This document shows, one piece after another, positions 28,778 to 37,942 of a DNA stretch of 64,000 bases. The stretch spans positions 1 through 64,000 of the IMG/VR virus record IMGVR_UViG_3300027760_000553. One strand, 5' to 3'. This DNA comes from a virus (taxonomy: Duplodnaviria > Caudoviricetes). Each line of letters starts with the position of its first letter. The first letter of the stretch is position 1. The position numbers were made by a program, and so were the translations under genes. Under the pieces are notes generated by a model. The model did not search any database. It had not been told where the DNA came from and was given only the letters and a program-made list of their open reading frames with translations.

Positions 28778-28923
28778 TTATCTTTCAGATTTTGGTTTTA
28801 ACTGTGTTGTTCGATCAAAATAGCGTTCAATCTTTGCTTTAATAGTTCCATCTTTACGCATCTTAACAATCCAACCATCTTTGATTTGAGTATCATTAAA
28901 TGATCCCGCTTTTTTCTTTGGCA

Positions 28924-29913
28924 TTATAGTGAGTGTCTTTCTGTGTTAACTCTTGTGTAATCTTTTCCAAAATCAGCAAATAAGGCCTTATCCTTTTCAC
29001 GATTAACTATTGATCTTGACCAAGAGAATCCTGCGTCTCCACCCCATGCTAACCACATGATGTATCCGTTAGATGGGTTTGCTGAGTTACCCCAGTCCTT
29101 ACCTTTCTTGTCTACTTCATGGCGTGAGAAGTATGAGTACATCCTCTTAACAGTACTAAGAGAGATTGATTCTCCTCTTGCTAACTGCCCTGCACGAGTC
29201 CAACCTACAGATGTTCCAGCACCATTTGCTTTTCCATCTTCCTTAAACTTAATTGCTCTACGAGCAGCAGATCTTGCTCCTGCTGGTGGTGAGTATCCAT
29301 CTGCCTTTGAAACTGTATCTGTATCATATTCAACTGTGTCATCATCTTCAAACAGATCATCTGCTTTTGCATCAGGAACACAGTTAGGAACTGGTTTACC
29401 ATTATCTCCTGGTTTCATTCCTCTTTGTACATATCCATCCCAACAAGGTGCTTGCTTATTTAGATCAGCACAACAATCACTTTTCATTTCATTTGCTTGA
29501 CAAACAGGACAGTTTTCACAATTTACATTTAGTTCTTTACATGTCGGACATCCACAACCATCATACTCTTTACCTTGATATGTATTTGTTGGCATCATTG
29601 AATCATCTGCTTTGCCCATCTGAGCATCAAACATTGCCATTCCTATTTCTGAGTCCATTGTGTGGTTTTCCATTTCTACTTTTGTAGCATCCTTGTACAT
29701 CATTCCAATACTGTATGCTGTTGGTTCCCATTTACCGTTTTCTTCTTTATAAATTCTAACAGCCATTGCTGGGTTCTCTGGTGGCATAGACTGAATTGCA
29801 TACTCTGTTCCAGGTGTACCGTAAATTCCACCCTCTGTCATTATGTGTTCAACTACACCATGAACAACACCCTCTGATGTTGAACCCATAACAAAATCTC
29901 CTTCTTTTATCAT
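28924..29913 (-). CDS. Multi-domain protein, probably head-associated (Tudor-like N-terminus, Cys-rich segment, PCWDGY motif, conserved C-terminal domain)
   Basis: ORF track, start refined to MIKEGDFV; TVKRMYSYFSRH...WLAWGGDAG domain. Confidence 0.55.
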   Translation of the reverse strand: MIKEGDFVMGSTSEGVVHGVVEHIMTEGGIYGTPGTEYAIQSMPPENPAMAVRIYKEENGKWEPTAYSIGMMYKDATKVEMENHTMDSEIGMAMFDAQMGKADDSMMPTNTYQGKEYDGCGCPTCKELNVNCENCPVCQANEMKSDCCADLNKQAPCWDGYVQRGMKPGDNGKPVPNCVPDAKADDLFEDDDTVEYDTDTVSKADGYSPPAGARSAARRAIKFKEDGKANGAGTSVGWTRAGQLARGESISLSTVKRMYSYFSRHEVDKKGKDWGNSANPSNGYIMWLAWGGDAGFSWSRSIVNREKDKALFADFGKDYTRVNTERHSL

Positions 29914-29917
29914 AATA

Positions 29918-30367
29918 TTAGTCGTTTCCAACTTCTTTAAGTGATGCAGTAAGCATCCAGTGCCATCTCTGGTGCATGTCCATGCGTTCTGCAAAGAAGT
30001 TTGCAATTGCATGTTGTCTATTTTGTGTAGCAAGATCAACAGCATCTGTAAGTTTTGCAAGAACCATATCATTAGCCATAAGTAAATCTGCAGACATCAT
30101 CATTGGATCTGAAGTAACATCAGGCTCTCCAACTTCATTTAATACAATAAATCTTGATAGTTTAAATGGTGCATATGTATCTAACTTACGAAGCCATTCA
30201 GCATAGGTGTCTGTTGCTTGATCGTAGTCTGTATAAATATTTTCAAAAAGTTCGTGGAATTGAACAAAATCATCGCCTTCTACATTCCAGTGATACCCAT
30301 GAGCCTTCAGTTTAAGGGTAATATTATCTGCAAGCAGGACCTTAAGGGTATTAATTAGTTCTTCCAT
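29918..30367 (-). CDS. dps: Dps-family ferritin-like DNA protection protein
   Basis: HGYHWNVEGDDFVQFHELFENIY...DTYAE...HWML. Confidence 0.9.
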   Translation of the reverse strand: MEELINTLKVLLADNITLKLKAHGYHWNVEGDDFVQFHELFENIYTDYDQATDTYAEWLRKLDTYAPFKLSRFIVLNEVGEPDVTSDPMMMSADLLMANDMVLAKLTDAVDLATQNRQHAIANFFAERMDMHQRWHWMLTASLKEVGND

Positions 30368-30391
30368 GCTTATCATTATAGCATAGTAAGT

Positions 30392-30479
30392 GAGCAGTTT
30401 TTTACAGTCATGCTCAGGACTATACCAGTTATTTAGTGTCGCTGTCTCCCCCGACATTTTTCCTATTCGGAAAAGTCCT
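30392..30479 (-). ncRNA. Putative ~88-nt small RNA ending in pseudoknot copy 6
   Basis: Own TG-A-TATAAT at 30485-30490; hairpins UUUUCC/GGAAAA and UGUCG/CGACA; TATAGTC-CT-GAGCA-T-GACTGTA-AAAAAC-TGCTC. Confidence 0.55.
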
Positions 30480-30537
30480 ATACTATTATATCATATGCTA
30501 TAATTGAATTAAGTTTTGATCTATCAGAGGAGAACAA

Positions 30538-31239
30538 ATGGATTCACGTAAACTTGAAAATGAAAAAAATAGCATTACAGAAAGTAGAAATTTTAATAAA
30601 TTTAAATATACGTTGCTTGCCCCTGGAGTACACATCTATGATAATGTTTGGGATCAAGGAATGGATTTCATGAAGCAACTAGAAGACAAGGGATCTTTTG
30701 TTAGAGAAGATTATATTGTTGACTCTGAGGGTAATAAGATTCCAAAAGAGGTTGGGAAGCGTGGAGTAAGCACATGGGTAAAAAGACATCAAGATCCTCA
30801 AGGTGCTGCACTTATTGCTAACGCTTTTGAGGAAGTTATAGACTCTTATTTATGGCATTATGATTTAGATCCAAAAAGTAGGGAAGAGTGGAGAATCAGC
30901 AAGTACACTGATGGAGATTATTTTGGAATGCACCCTGATGACTCTTATGGAACTCCAAGAACAATATCCATGGTGTATTATCCAAACGATGATTACGAAG
31001 GTGGAGAACTTGAATTCATTCATTTTGGTGTAAAGGTTAAACCAAAAGCAAATCAACTTATAATATTCCCATCTTCATATATTTACGAACATAGGATAAC
31101 CGATATTGGTGCTGGAAATCCAAGATACACAATCGTGTCTTTTCTTTCAAATATAACACAAAAAGAAAGAAACGAAAGACTTAAAGATCTTCCAAATCCT
31201 TATAAAACAGATTTAAAGTATATCTCAGAAATTAAATAA
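30538..31239 (+). CDS. Prolyl 4-hydroxylase-like 2OG-Fe(II) oxygenase
   Basis: HPDD...YPNDDYEGGELEF...FPSSYIYEH...RY. Confidence 0.85.
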   Translation: MDSRKLENEKNSITESRNFNKFKYTLLAPGVHIYDNVWDQGMDFMKQLEDKGSFVREDYIVDSEGNKIPKEVGKRGVSTWVKRHQDPQGAALIANAFEEVIDSYLWHYDLDPKSREEWRISKYTDGDYFGMHPDDSYGTPRTISMVYYPNDDYEGGELEFIHFGVKVKPKANQLIIFPSSYIYEHRITDIGAGNPRYTIVSFLSNITQKERNERLKDLPNPYKTDLKYISEIK

Positions 31240-31240
31240 A

Positions 31241-31277
31241 AAATAGGCTAAGAGTTTTTATTCTCCTAGCCTATTTT
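31241..31277. terminator. Bidirectional terminator hairpin
   Basis: AAATAGGCTAAGAG...CTCCTAGCCTATTTT between convergent genes. Confidence 0.7.
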
Positions 31278-31286
31278 ATTTTTATA

Positions 31287-31571
31287 TTACTTCTTTGGTG
31301 CAGCCTTCTTTACTGCTGCCTTCTTACGGGCTGGAGCCTTCTTAACTGTTGCCTTCTTTACTGCAGCATCTACTTCTGCTACTTCTGGAAGACGACCAAA
31401 TGCTGTGTCATTTGGATTAACTGCTCTCAATGCTACTGGTGCGATTGCAGCAACCAATGAGTATGCAAGAGTCTTTGGATCAGTGACGCCAGACATGTAT
31501 AGTGCAAGTGCTGCACCCAGTACTGATCGTCCGTATGATGCCAAGATAGCCTTAATTTGTTCTGTATTCAT
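31287..31571 (-). CDS. Holin-like membrane protein with Lys/Ala-rich tail
   Basis: Two hydrophobic segments; LRAVNPNDTAFG; KKAPARKKAA tail. Confidence 0.5.
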   Translation of the reverse strand: MNTEQIKAILASYGRSVLGAALALYMSGVTDPKTLAYSLVAAIAPVALRAVNPNDTAFGRLPEVAEVDAAVKKATVKKAPARKKAAVKKAAPKK

Positions 31572-31581
31572 TTTATTCCTC

Positions 31582-31740
31582 CTAGGATATAATCTGTGTT
31601 AGTATTGTTGCACCAAGCCAAATACCAATAATTCCTGCGAGTCCCGCAAAAATTGGTGGTGCTGGCACTGGCAATTTGAATGCTGCGAACACGGCACCGC
31701 ACCCAAAACCTGTTATTGTTGATAAAATAATGTCTTTCAT
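31582..31740 (-). CDS. XapX/DUF1427-like small membrane protein
   Basis: Manual translation GAVFAAFKLPVPAPPIFAGLAGIIGIWLG. Confidence 0.75.
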   Translation of the reverse strand: MKDIILSTITGFGCGAVFAAFKLPVPAPPIFAGLAGIIGIWLGATILTQIIS

Positions 31741-32126
31741 TAATCTTCCTTTGGTAGTAATTGCTTTAACTGGTCATAAGAATCAACAATCTTTTTCATA
31801 GAGTAATAGTTTGGACCCATTGCAGTAAGATCGCTATATTCCCTAAAATATTTAATTTCTGGCTCAACATCATTAATAAACTTGTTTAGGCCACTCTGAA
31901 CTTCTTCTATGTATTTAAATGCATCTTGTCTTGAACCTTCAACAAAGTTTAAAAAAGATTTACTATTTTCAATTTTCATTCTATCAAGAATTATTGCTTT
32001 ATCTAAATTTGATTGAGTTAGTTCATTTTTTGTTTTTATTGATTTAAATCTTGTTATAAACAATTGAAAAATTAAAAAAATAAAAACAGAAATAAATACA
32101 GTAAAAACAATATAATCAAAAATCAT
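31740..32126 (-). CDS. Hypothetical membrane-anchored protein
   Basis: ORF track. Confidence 0.55.
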   Translation of the reverse strand: MIFDYIVFTVFISVFIFLIFQLFITRFKSIKTKNELTQSNLDKAIILDRMKIENSKSFLNFVEGSRQDAFKYIEEVQSGLNKFINDVEPEIKYFREYSDLTAMGPNYYSMKKIVDSYDQLKQLLPKED

Positions 32127-32359
32127 AGTTCTTTTCCTCCCTCTCTCACAAGTAGTACTATTGCACCATTATCCTCTAAGGCTTTTTTTACACGAATCAT
32201 ATATTCTACGGCAGCAACACGATCTTCAACTGTTAGCCTCATAAACTCTGGCTCACTGGCTTTTACAGTAATAAAATTATCATTATCAACCAAAGTAACA
32301 TTAAAGTTTTTAGGTGCATGAATGGAGCGAAATGCTCTTTTCATTTGATCTGTATACAT
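32123..32359 (-). CDS. Hypothetical protein
   Basis: ORF track. Confidence 0.55.
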   Translation of the reverse strand: MYTDQMKRAFRSIHAPKNFNVTLVDNDNFITVKASEPEFMRLTVEDRVAAVEYMIRVKKALEDNGAIVLLVREGGKEL

Positions 32360-32571
32360 TACTTTCTACCCCATTTAACTTTATTCCAACCACGCTCATG
32401 GAAGTAGTAAAGTATTGTCTTTGTTAGTACTTCAAACCCTGCAATTGATGCAGCAGTAATTGCCTTATGTGTTATAAAGTATGACAATACAAAGGTATCT
32501 GCCGTTCCAATAATACGCCAAGTGATTGCTTTTAGCGCTGATCTTTGTTTGGTTACTTTCATGATGGCCAC
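32359..32571 (-). CDS. DUF2061 membrane protein
   Basis: RSALKAITWR...YYFHERGW. Confidence 0.8.
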   Translation of the reverse strand: MAIMKVTKQRSALKAITWRIIGTADTFVLSYFITHKAITAASIAGFEVLTKTILYYFHERGWNKVKWGRK

Positions 32572-32607
32572 TCCACATTATTATCTTTAGTAATCCAGTC
32601 GCAGATT

Positions 32608-33375
32608 TTAGATACCCATCTCTTTACGTTTTTGCGTAGCCGAAATAGCATGAATGTCTGCCCCCAAATCTACTTGCTCAATCTTGTATCCTACATCACG
32701 ACCATAAACTATGTTAGTAATGTTAGGAACCTTGATAACATTTGCTGTAGGCATATCCTGATGGATATAATCACGAACTTCTTCAAAGTGCAAAGGATCT
32801 TTCTCTGACATTCCAACTGTATGTCTTACACCAATTACAACCTGGGTATTGCGCTTAGCAGCCTCATCATACAATGCTCTATGGCCTTCATGCCATGGTT
32901 GATAGCGACCTAATAAAAGAACTGTGTTTTCTTTCCAGTCAAACATTCCAAATTTACGAATAACTGTGATTGCTCTTGTTGGAATTGCATCTTCATAATC
33001 ATCACCAGTATTAATTATTCTATGATCATAGTGTTCTGGATCTTCCCATAACTTATTTGTATCTTCAAAACGACCTTCTTGAATGGTATCCATCCACACA
33101 ACAACATCTGCCTCACCAAAAGCCTCACGAGTTTCTTTTGTTGGACAAACAAAGTCAACAATAACTGGCTTGTCTTGAATCTTTTCAAGAAGTCTGGCAA
33201 GTTCTCCCATTCTTCGTGCTTGCTCAATTCTGTCTTCTGGGCTAAACCCCAAATCTTTATTTAAACCAGCCCGTACCTGGTCAGCATTAACATGTATGCC
33301 GTTTGTTCTTTCTTTAACTGCATCTGCAATTGTTGTCTTGCCTGAGCCTGGTAGCCCAATAAACTGAATGATCAT
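32608..33375 (-). CDS. cysC: Adenylyl-sulfate kinase-like domain fused to an HxGH nucleotidyltransferase domain
   Basis: GLPGSGKTT, NADQVR, DLGFSPEDR; C-terminal GRYQPWHEGH...ISAT. Confidence 0.75.
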   Translation of the reverse strand: MIIQFIGLPGSGKTTIADAVKERTNGIHVNADQVRAGLNKDLGFSPEDRIEQARRMGELARLLEKIQDKPVIVDFVCPTKETREAFGEADVVVWMDTIQEGRFEDTNKLWEDPEHYDHRIINTGDDYEDAIPTRAITVIRKFGMFDWKENTVLLLGRYQPWHEGHRALYDEAAKRNTQVVIGVRHTVGMSEKDPLHFEEVRDYIHQDMPTANVIKVPNITNIVYGRDVGYKIEQVDLGADIHAISATQKRKEMGI

Positions 33376-33581
33376 TCTTCTTTTCTCCAATGTATGTAAG
33401 ATCTTATGTATATTGTAGCATAAGCAATAGCCATGGCGATGAAGCCATACTGTTTGGTAGATAGCCCATAGGCAATCCATAATACTTCATTAACACAAAG
33501 AACTACCCAGCCCCATATTGTTTTTTGGCCAACTAAAAAAATTCCACAAACACCTATTACTGCTAATATCCATGACCACAT
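33372..33581 (-). CDS. Small PnuC-like membrane protein
   Basis: Three short TM segments; WGW...WIAY...QYG. Confidence 0.5.
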   Translation of the reverse strand: MWSWILAVIGVCGIFLVGQKTIWGWVVLCVNEVLWIAYGLSTKQYGFIAMAIAYATIYIRSYIHWRKEE

Positions 33582-33582
33582 A

Positions 33583-33867
33583 TTATTTATCCATCGTTAA
33601 ATATTGCCAGGTATTGGTCCAGTCTTGTTTTTCTTTATGAGAATTAAACTCTTTTGAAATAGTACCATTTTCTAAATATATACCGCCCCACACACCCCAC
33701 TCTTTTCCAGAGATGCCATGTGCAAAACAAGTTTTTGAAACAGGGCAACTAGAACACAACTTGTCTATTGCTAACCTCAAATCAACTTCATCTTCATATT
33801 TTTCAAAAAATATATTTGTATCATATTCAAAACAAGCCCCATCATCTTTCCATGCATGTCTATTCAT
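33583..33867 (-). CDS. whiB: WhiB-family Fe-S transcriptional regulator
   Basis: Four Cys (AC...CSSCPV..C) and GVWGG. Confidence 0.9.
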   Translation of the reverse strand: MNRHAWKDDGACFEYDTNIFFEKYEDEVDLRLAIDKLCSSCPVSKTCFAHGISGKEWGVWGGIYLENGTISKEFNSHKEKQDWTNTWQYLTMDK

Positions 33868-33869
33868 TT

Positions 33870-34079
33870 TTACCTAACAAACTTGTCTGGTATATCCCAG
33901 CCATCTCTGTTTGGTTCAAATCTTTTTGAAATGCTCCACTTTCCATCAAAGTATTTACCATTTTTAGCAGTCCTTGCACTATCTGCAGGATGCATGCTAA
34001 CAACTGTCCACCCGTCCCAAGTAAGAAACTTATTGTTCTTTACTATGGTTTCCATCTTTTCTAGTTCTGTAATCTTCAT
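33870..34079 (-). CDS. Hypothetical protein
   Basis: ORF track with refined start; LTWDGWTVV. Confidence 0.55.
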   Translation of the reverse strand: MKITELEKMETIVKNNKFLTWDGWTVVSMHPADSARTAKNGKYFDGKWSISKRFEPNRDGWDIPDKFVR

Positions 34080-34089
34080 TTCTATCCCT

Positions 34090-34440
34090 CTAGTAGTTAA
34101 ATATTCCTGTTTCAATATTTTTTTCTTGTGCTTCATATACTAGTTTTGTCTTTTGCTCATTTGGCTTTGACAAAAAAGCAAAATAGTTAAACTCTTCAAA
34201 ATTTTCACTTATCCAAGATGGTGCAACTTTATACATCTTAATCTTTTTACCACGAGACTTCATGCTTCGTTCAGATAGATTTACAAACTCACTTACCATT
34301 GAATTGATGTTTGCTGGACCAGCAGAATAAATGTAAAAGTTTTGATCCTGATCTGTAAGATTTGAAAGAGCAACACCAATTGCTCTAAGGAAAACCTGGT
34401 AGTCATCAAAACTACCTGTTCCCTGTACTCCCACTATCAT
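34090..34440 (-). CDS. SLOG/YspA-like protein
   Basis: IVGVQGTGSFDDY N-terminus. Confidence 0.45.
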   Translation of the reverse strand: MIVGVQGTGSFDDYQVFLRAIGVALSNLTDQDQNFYIYSAGPANINSMVSEFVNLSERSMKSRGKKIKMYKVAPSWISENFEEFNYFAFLSKPNEQKTKLVYEAQEKNIETGIFNY

Positions 34441-34840
34441 TGTCTAACCCTTCTCTAAGTTTATCCATTATAAACAACATCTTATCTAATTGTATACTAT
34501 CCATACCTATTGTGTCAACTGTAGTTGTGGTGTCTGGATCTATTAAATTGTTTACCATCTCTGCCTTGTAAAACTGATTTTCTTTAATCCAATAGGCATA
34601 GTTATCAAGTATGATTACCTTAACATTGATCTTTCTTTGATAATTAAGCGATTGAGTATTTTTTATTTTTTTTATATTTGACATATCTGGCAAAAGCGGT
34701 CTGATGTACATAAAAATATGGCTTTGACTATACTTAACATTATTTTTATTTATGTTATTTTTATTTATACTATTTTTAAATAACATGCTAAAAAATATTA
34801 GTAAGGCAAAAGTAGTAAAAGATCCAAGTAGGTATTCCAT
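34412..34840 (-). CDS. Hypothetical membrane-anchored protein
   Basis: ORF track. Confidence 0.55.
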   Translation of the reverse strand: MEYLLGSFTTFALLIFFSMLFKNSINKNNINKNNVKYSQSHIFMYIRPLLPDMSNIKKIKNTQSLNYQRKINVKVIILDNYAYWIKENQFYKAEMVNNLIDPDTTTTVDTIGMDSIQLDKMLFIMDKLREGLDNDSGSTGNR

Positions 34841-34861
34841 TTTTCTCCTAAATACATTATA

Positions 34862-35203
34862 CTACTTTTTTGATTTTAAAAATTTTATAATCTCTTTAAG
34901 AGTTAACCTATTACTTGTTTTTAAGTTTTGAATCTCCGCATCATTCAATGCTTTTTCTGTAACACTGACGATTGGATTTTTTTTAGTAATATCCATCTCA
35001 ATAAAACCATATTCCCATAACTCCATCATTTCCTGAGTAAAATATAGATTTGACTCATTATGTAATTCTGGAGAAAAATGTTTAAGTTTATCTGTAAACC
35101 TATATAGAACTTCTCCAGATTCTTGATCTATTCCAGAAAACTCCAGACTTCCATTTAAGATTAGTTCTTCCATAAAACTGTCTTCGCTCAAATCTGACCC
35201 CAA
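34862..35203 (-). CDS. Hypothetical protein, paralog of 35439..35660
   Basis: GID..SGEVLYRFTDKLK. Confidence 0.55.
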   Translation of the reverse strand: MGSDLSEDSFMEELILNGSLEFSGIDQESGEVLYRFTDKLKHFSPELHNESNLYFTQEMMELWEYGFIEMDITKKNPIVSVTEKALNDAEIQNLKTSNRLTLKEIIKFLKSKK

Positions 35204-35439
35204 AAATCTAAAAGTTGTTGTTTGTTTTTTGCACCATTCATTCTTGAAACCTCTTGGCTGTCTTTAAATAATATAAAAGTTGGAATACTTTTTACCTCTA
35301 AATCTTTAACAAGTTGACCCTCAAGATCGGCATCAACAAACTTAATGTTGTACCCTTCCTTAATTAATTCTTCTGCAAATGGCTTTGTTCTTGCACATGG
35401 ATTGCACCAATCTGCTGCAAAGTAAAGAATATGCTTCAT
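35188..35439 (-). CDS. Thioredoxin
   Basis: YFAADWCNPC; VKSIPT. Confidence 0.85.
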   Translation of the reverse strand: MKHILYFAADWCNPCARTKPFAEELIKEGYNIKFVDADLEGQLVKDLEVKSIPTFILFKDSQEVSRMNGAKNKQQLLDFWGQI

Positions 35440-35660
35440 TATCTTATTTTCCATTTCATTGTTTTGGGACCAAGATCAATTAGTTTAAACATGTGATGCT
35501 CATATTGATCCTTTAAATCTTCATAAAGTTCTGGATTTACCAACTTTAGTTTATCCGTAACAGAGTATAACATTTCGCCATTTGCATCGATGCTATGCAT
35601 TGATATGGCACCTTGATTTAGCAAATGCTCTATCATGGCTTCTGTTTTAGGATTAATCAC
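35439..35660 (-). CDS. Hypothetical protein
   Basis: SIDANGEMLYSVTDKLK. Confidence 0.55.
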   Translation of the reverse strand: MINPKTEAMIEHLLNQGAISMHSIDANGEMLYSVTDKLKLVNPELYEDLKDQYEHHMFKLIDLGPKTMKWKIR

Positions 35661-36064
35661 TTACCAGATTTCTTTCTTGCTTTTGCAAGCGCTCCAAAAT
35701 CTTTAACCTTGGTATCTCCTAGGTATCCCCATGCATAACCGTCGTTAATCATCATGTCATTAAGAGATACTGTGTTTCCATCTACATATACCCAACCTAA
35801 AATGCGACCATACTTTTCAGATGAGTCCATCTTTTCAGTCTTAATCACAACAGACTTGGCATCTTTTAAAGCCTTCTTTAGGTACTCTTTGGCCTCAAGA
35901 CCAAGAGCCTTTTCAGCAAGGTCTTTTGTACGAGACTCAGGTGTGTCAATACCAGCCAATCTTACACGGGATTGAAATAAAATATCAAACCCTAAATCAA
36001 TAAGAACATCAATGGTATCTCCATCTACGACATTCTCTACTTTTCTTACATAGTATTCATACAT
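35657..36064 (-). CDS. Thermonuclease (SNase-like)
   Basis: VVDGDTID...RVRLAGIDTPE...KYGRILG. Confidence 0.9.
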   Translation of the reverse strand: MYEYYVRKVENVVDGDTIDVLIDLGFDILFQSRVRLAGIDTPESRTKDLAEKALGLEAKEYLKKALKDAKSVVIKTEKMDSSEKYGRILGWVYVDGNTVSLNDMMINDGYAWGYLGDTKVKDFGALAKARKKSGK

Positions 36065-36066
36065 TT

Positions 36067-36711
36067 TTATTCTCCATTTTTATTTAGTGTAAAACAAATA
36101 TTTAATAAAATTCTCAAATCATTTTCTTTTGGTGAAAACCCAGTATGCAACTTTTTTCCATCAAAAACAACGCCCTTGCCAGCAGTTGGAGAAATTGAAT
36201 TTAAAACCTTCAACTCACCAAAATTGCCAGCAGTTTTTAAAACATCAAGTATTTTTTTATCGTATACTTCTGTTACTCCATCCGAATCATTAAAGTAATA
36301 AAGAAAAACCATATGGTCTTCTATTGAATCAACATGGGGATAATTTCTAGAATCTTTTTCTTTATAAGATCTTGTTGCTATGTTAATTTTACTTCTTATA
36401 ATTTTGTCATATTTTATGTTGTGCTTAAAGCAAAACTTTTCAAAAACATCTTTTACAATATCAAAATCTAATCTGGAAACAATTTGAAAATATGGTTCAG
36501 ATTTTTGATCTTGCATATATACTGTTGGTGCATTTTTCCATTGCCAAGATTTATCTTTGGTTTTTTGAAAATCAATTATCTCTGGAACATATTCAGGAAT
36601 CCAATTAATTTTTCCATACAAAAAACTTTGATCAGAGAATATTCTTCTTAAAAACTCATCCTGCTCTTCTTTGGTTAAAAAAGAATCATCTTCAATAAAG
36701 AAATCACTCAC
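36067..36711 (-). CDS. 2OG-Fe(II) oxygenase
   Basis: PHVD...LYYFNDSDG...VFDG..LH...R. Confidence 0.75.
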   Translation of the reverse strand: MSDFFIEDDSFLTKEEQDEFLRRIFSDQSFLYGKINWIPEYVPEIIDFQKTKDKSWQWKNAPTVYMQDQKSEPYFQIVSRLDFDIVKDVFEKFCFKHNIKYDKIIRSKINIATRSYKEKDSRNYPHVDSIEDHMVFLYYFNDSDGVTEVYDKKILDVLKTAGNFGELKVLNSISPTAGKGVVFDGKKLHTGFSPKENDLRILLNICFTLNKNGE

Positions 36712-36928
36712 TTAATCTAGATCTTTCATCAACAACTTCTACCATAAAACTCATCATTTTTGCATAACCAACAGCATTATCCATGATTTTATTATAATGA
36801 TGGGAACAAAAGAGTAGTCCTCCAGATTTTCCAATTACCTTTACATACGCCTGTGCAGAACAAGAGTCGCATCTGTCTGTGGCGTCTAGCATCCACAGTT
36901 TTGAGTCTTCTGAAATCATTGTATTCAT
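36704..36928 (-). CDS. Small actinobacterial-type zinc-binding protein
   Basis: DRCDSCSAQAYV...LLFCSHH. Confidence 0.6.
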   Translation of the reverse strand: MNTMISEDSKLWMLDATDRCDSCSAQAYVKVIGKSGGLLFCSHHYNKIMDNAVGYAKMMSFMVEVVDERSRLSE

Positions 36929-36934
36929 AGTATA

Positions 36935-37120
36935 CTACCTCTTTCTATTATCGGTGGAATAAAAACCAGAACCGTTAAAAACTGCTCCTACATTAGAGTA
37001 TACACGAACTAAAGGAGAATTGCAAGTTTCACAATTGTACCCAGGATCACCATCCTTAATAGACCTTTCTTTAATATACCTTTGTGCACAAGGCATGCAA
37101 TCATACTCATATACTGCCAC
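36935..37120 (-). CDS. FmdB-family zinc ribbon protein
   Basis: YEYDC..C...C..C...FNGSGFYSTD. Confidence 0.8.
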   Translation of the reverse strand: MAVYEYDCMPCAQRYIKERSIKDGDPGYNCETCNSPLVRVYSNVGAVFNGSGFYSTDNRKR

Positions 37121-37838
37121 TAGAAACCTCCATGTAAAGTTCTTGTAATTTTGAAAAATCTTCTTCTTCTTCTATTTGCTTAGTTAAAGTTTCATACATT
37201 TTTGTTTTTTGAATATCATGGGGGCCATGATGCTTCATCTTTGCAACTTCTTGATTTGATAGACTACCAAAAGTTTTAGCATCTCTATTTTTAATTACAT
37301 CTTTCACCTCTTCTGATGAAATTTTGTTTTCATAGTGCATATTTATTTTTGATAAAACAAAAGTAATTATACTATCTGGATCATTAACTAATTTATCAAA
37401 CTCAATTACAAAAGCATTTTTATTTTCTATTTGAATAGTTAAATAATCTAAATAGTTTTCAGTTATACTCTTGATAATTCCTTTAAAATTATGGTGTGCT
37501 CCATTTAGCACATCCTCTATTGTTTTATCGTCTTGTGAGTTAGAGAGTGCAATAAAACAATAAGATTTGATAACCTCCATTGGACTTCTTACATTTGTAA
37601 ACTGAATAAAACTATCAGACTGCTCCAACTTTAGCATAGATGGTATGTGAAAAAATGGGTGCAAAATAAATGTTTTATTTGTATCTAAAACAAGTGTTTT
37701 ATTTGTTAATTTTTTTAAATTATTTTCATTCTTAATATTTTTGGTCAGTGCACTATCGATACACTCTGCTAAAAAATTATTACCAGATCTTGGTACAGAA
37801 TTAAAAATAATATCAGTGGTGGTGAAATATTTTGACAA
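37107..37838 (-). CDS. Sulfotransferase-like protein
   Basis: VPRSGNNF; VRSPMEVIKS; FDKLVNDP. Confidence 0.6.
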   Translation of the reverse strand: MSKYFTTTDIIFNSVPRSGNNFLAECIDSALTKNIKNENNLKKLTNKTLVLDTNKTFILHPFFHIPSMLKLEQSDSFIQFTNVRSPMEVIKSYCFIALSNSQDDKTIEDVLNGAHHNFKGIIKSITENYLDYLTIQIENKNAFVIEFDKLVNDPDSIITFVLSKINMHYENKISSEEVKDVIKNRDAKTFGSLSNQEVAKMKHHGPHDIQKTKMYETLTKQIEEEEDFSKLQELYMEVSSGSI

Positions 37839-37942
37839 TTACTTCTTCTTTGCTTTTACTGTCCAGACTGGGGCTTTAAGTGCATCTCCACCCCACTCAT
37901 AACCAAGTGCCTTTACAACAAACTTAATAATTTTAATACGCA

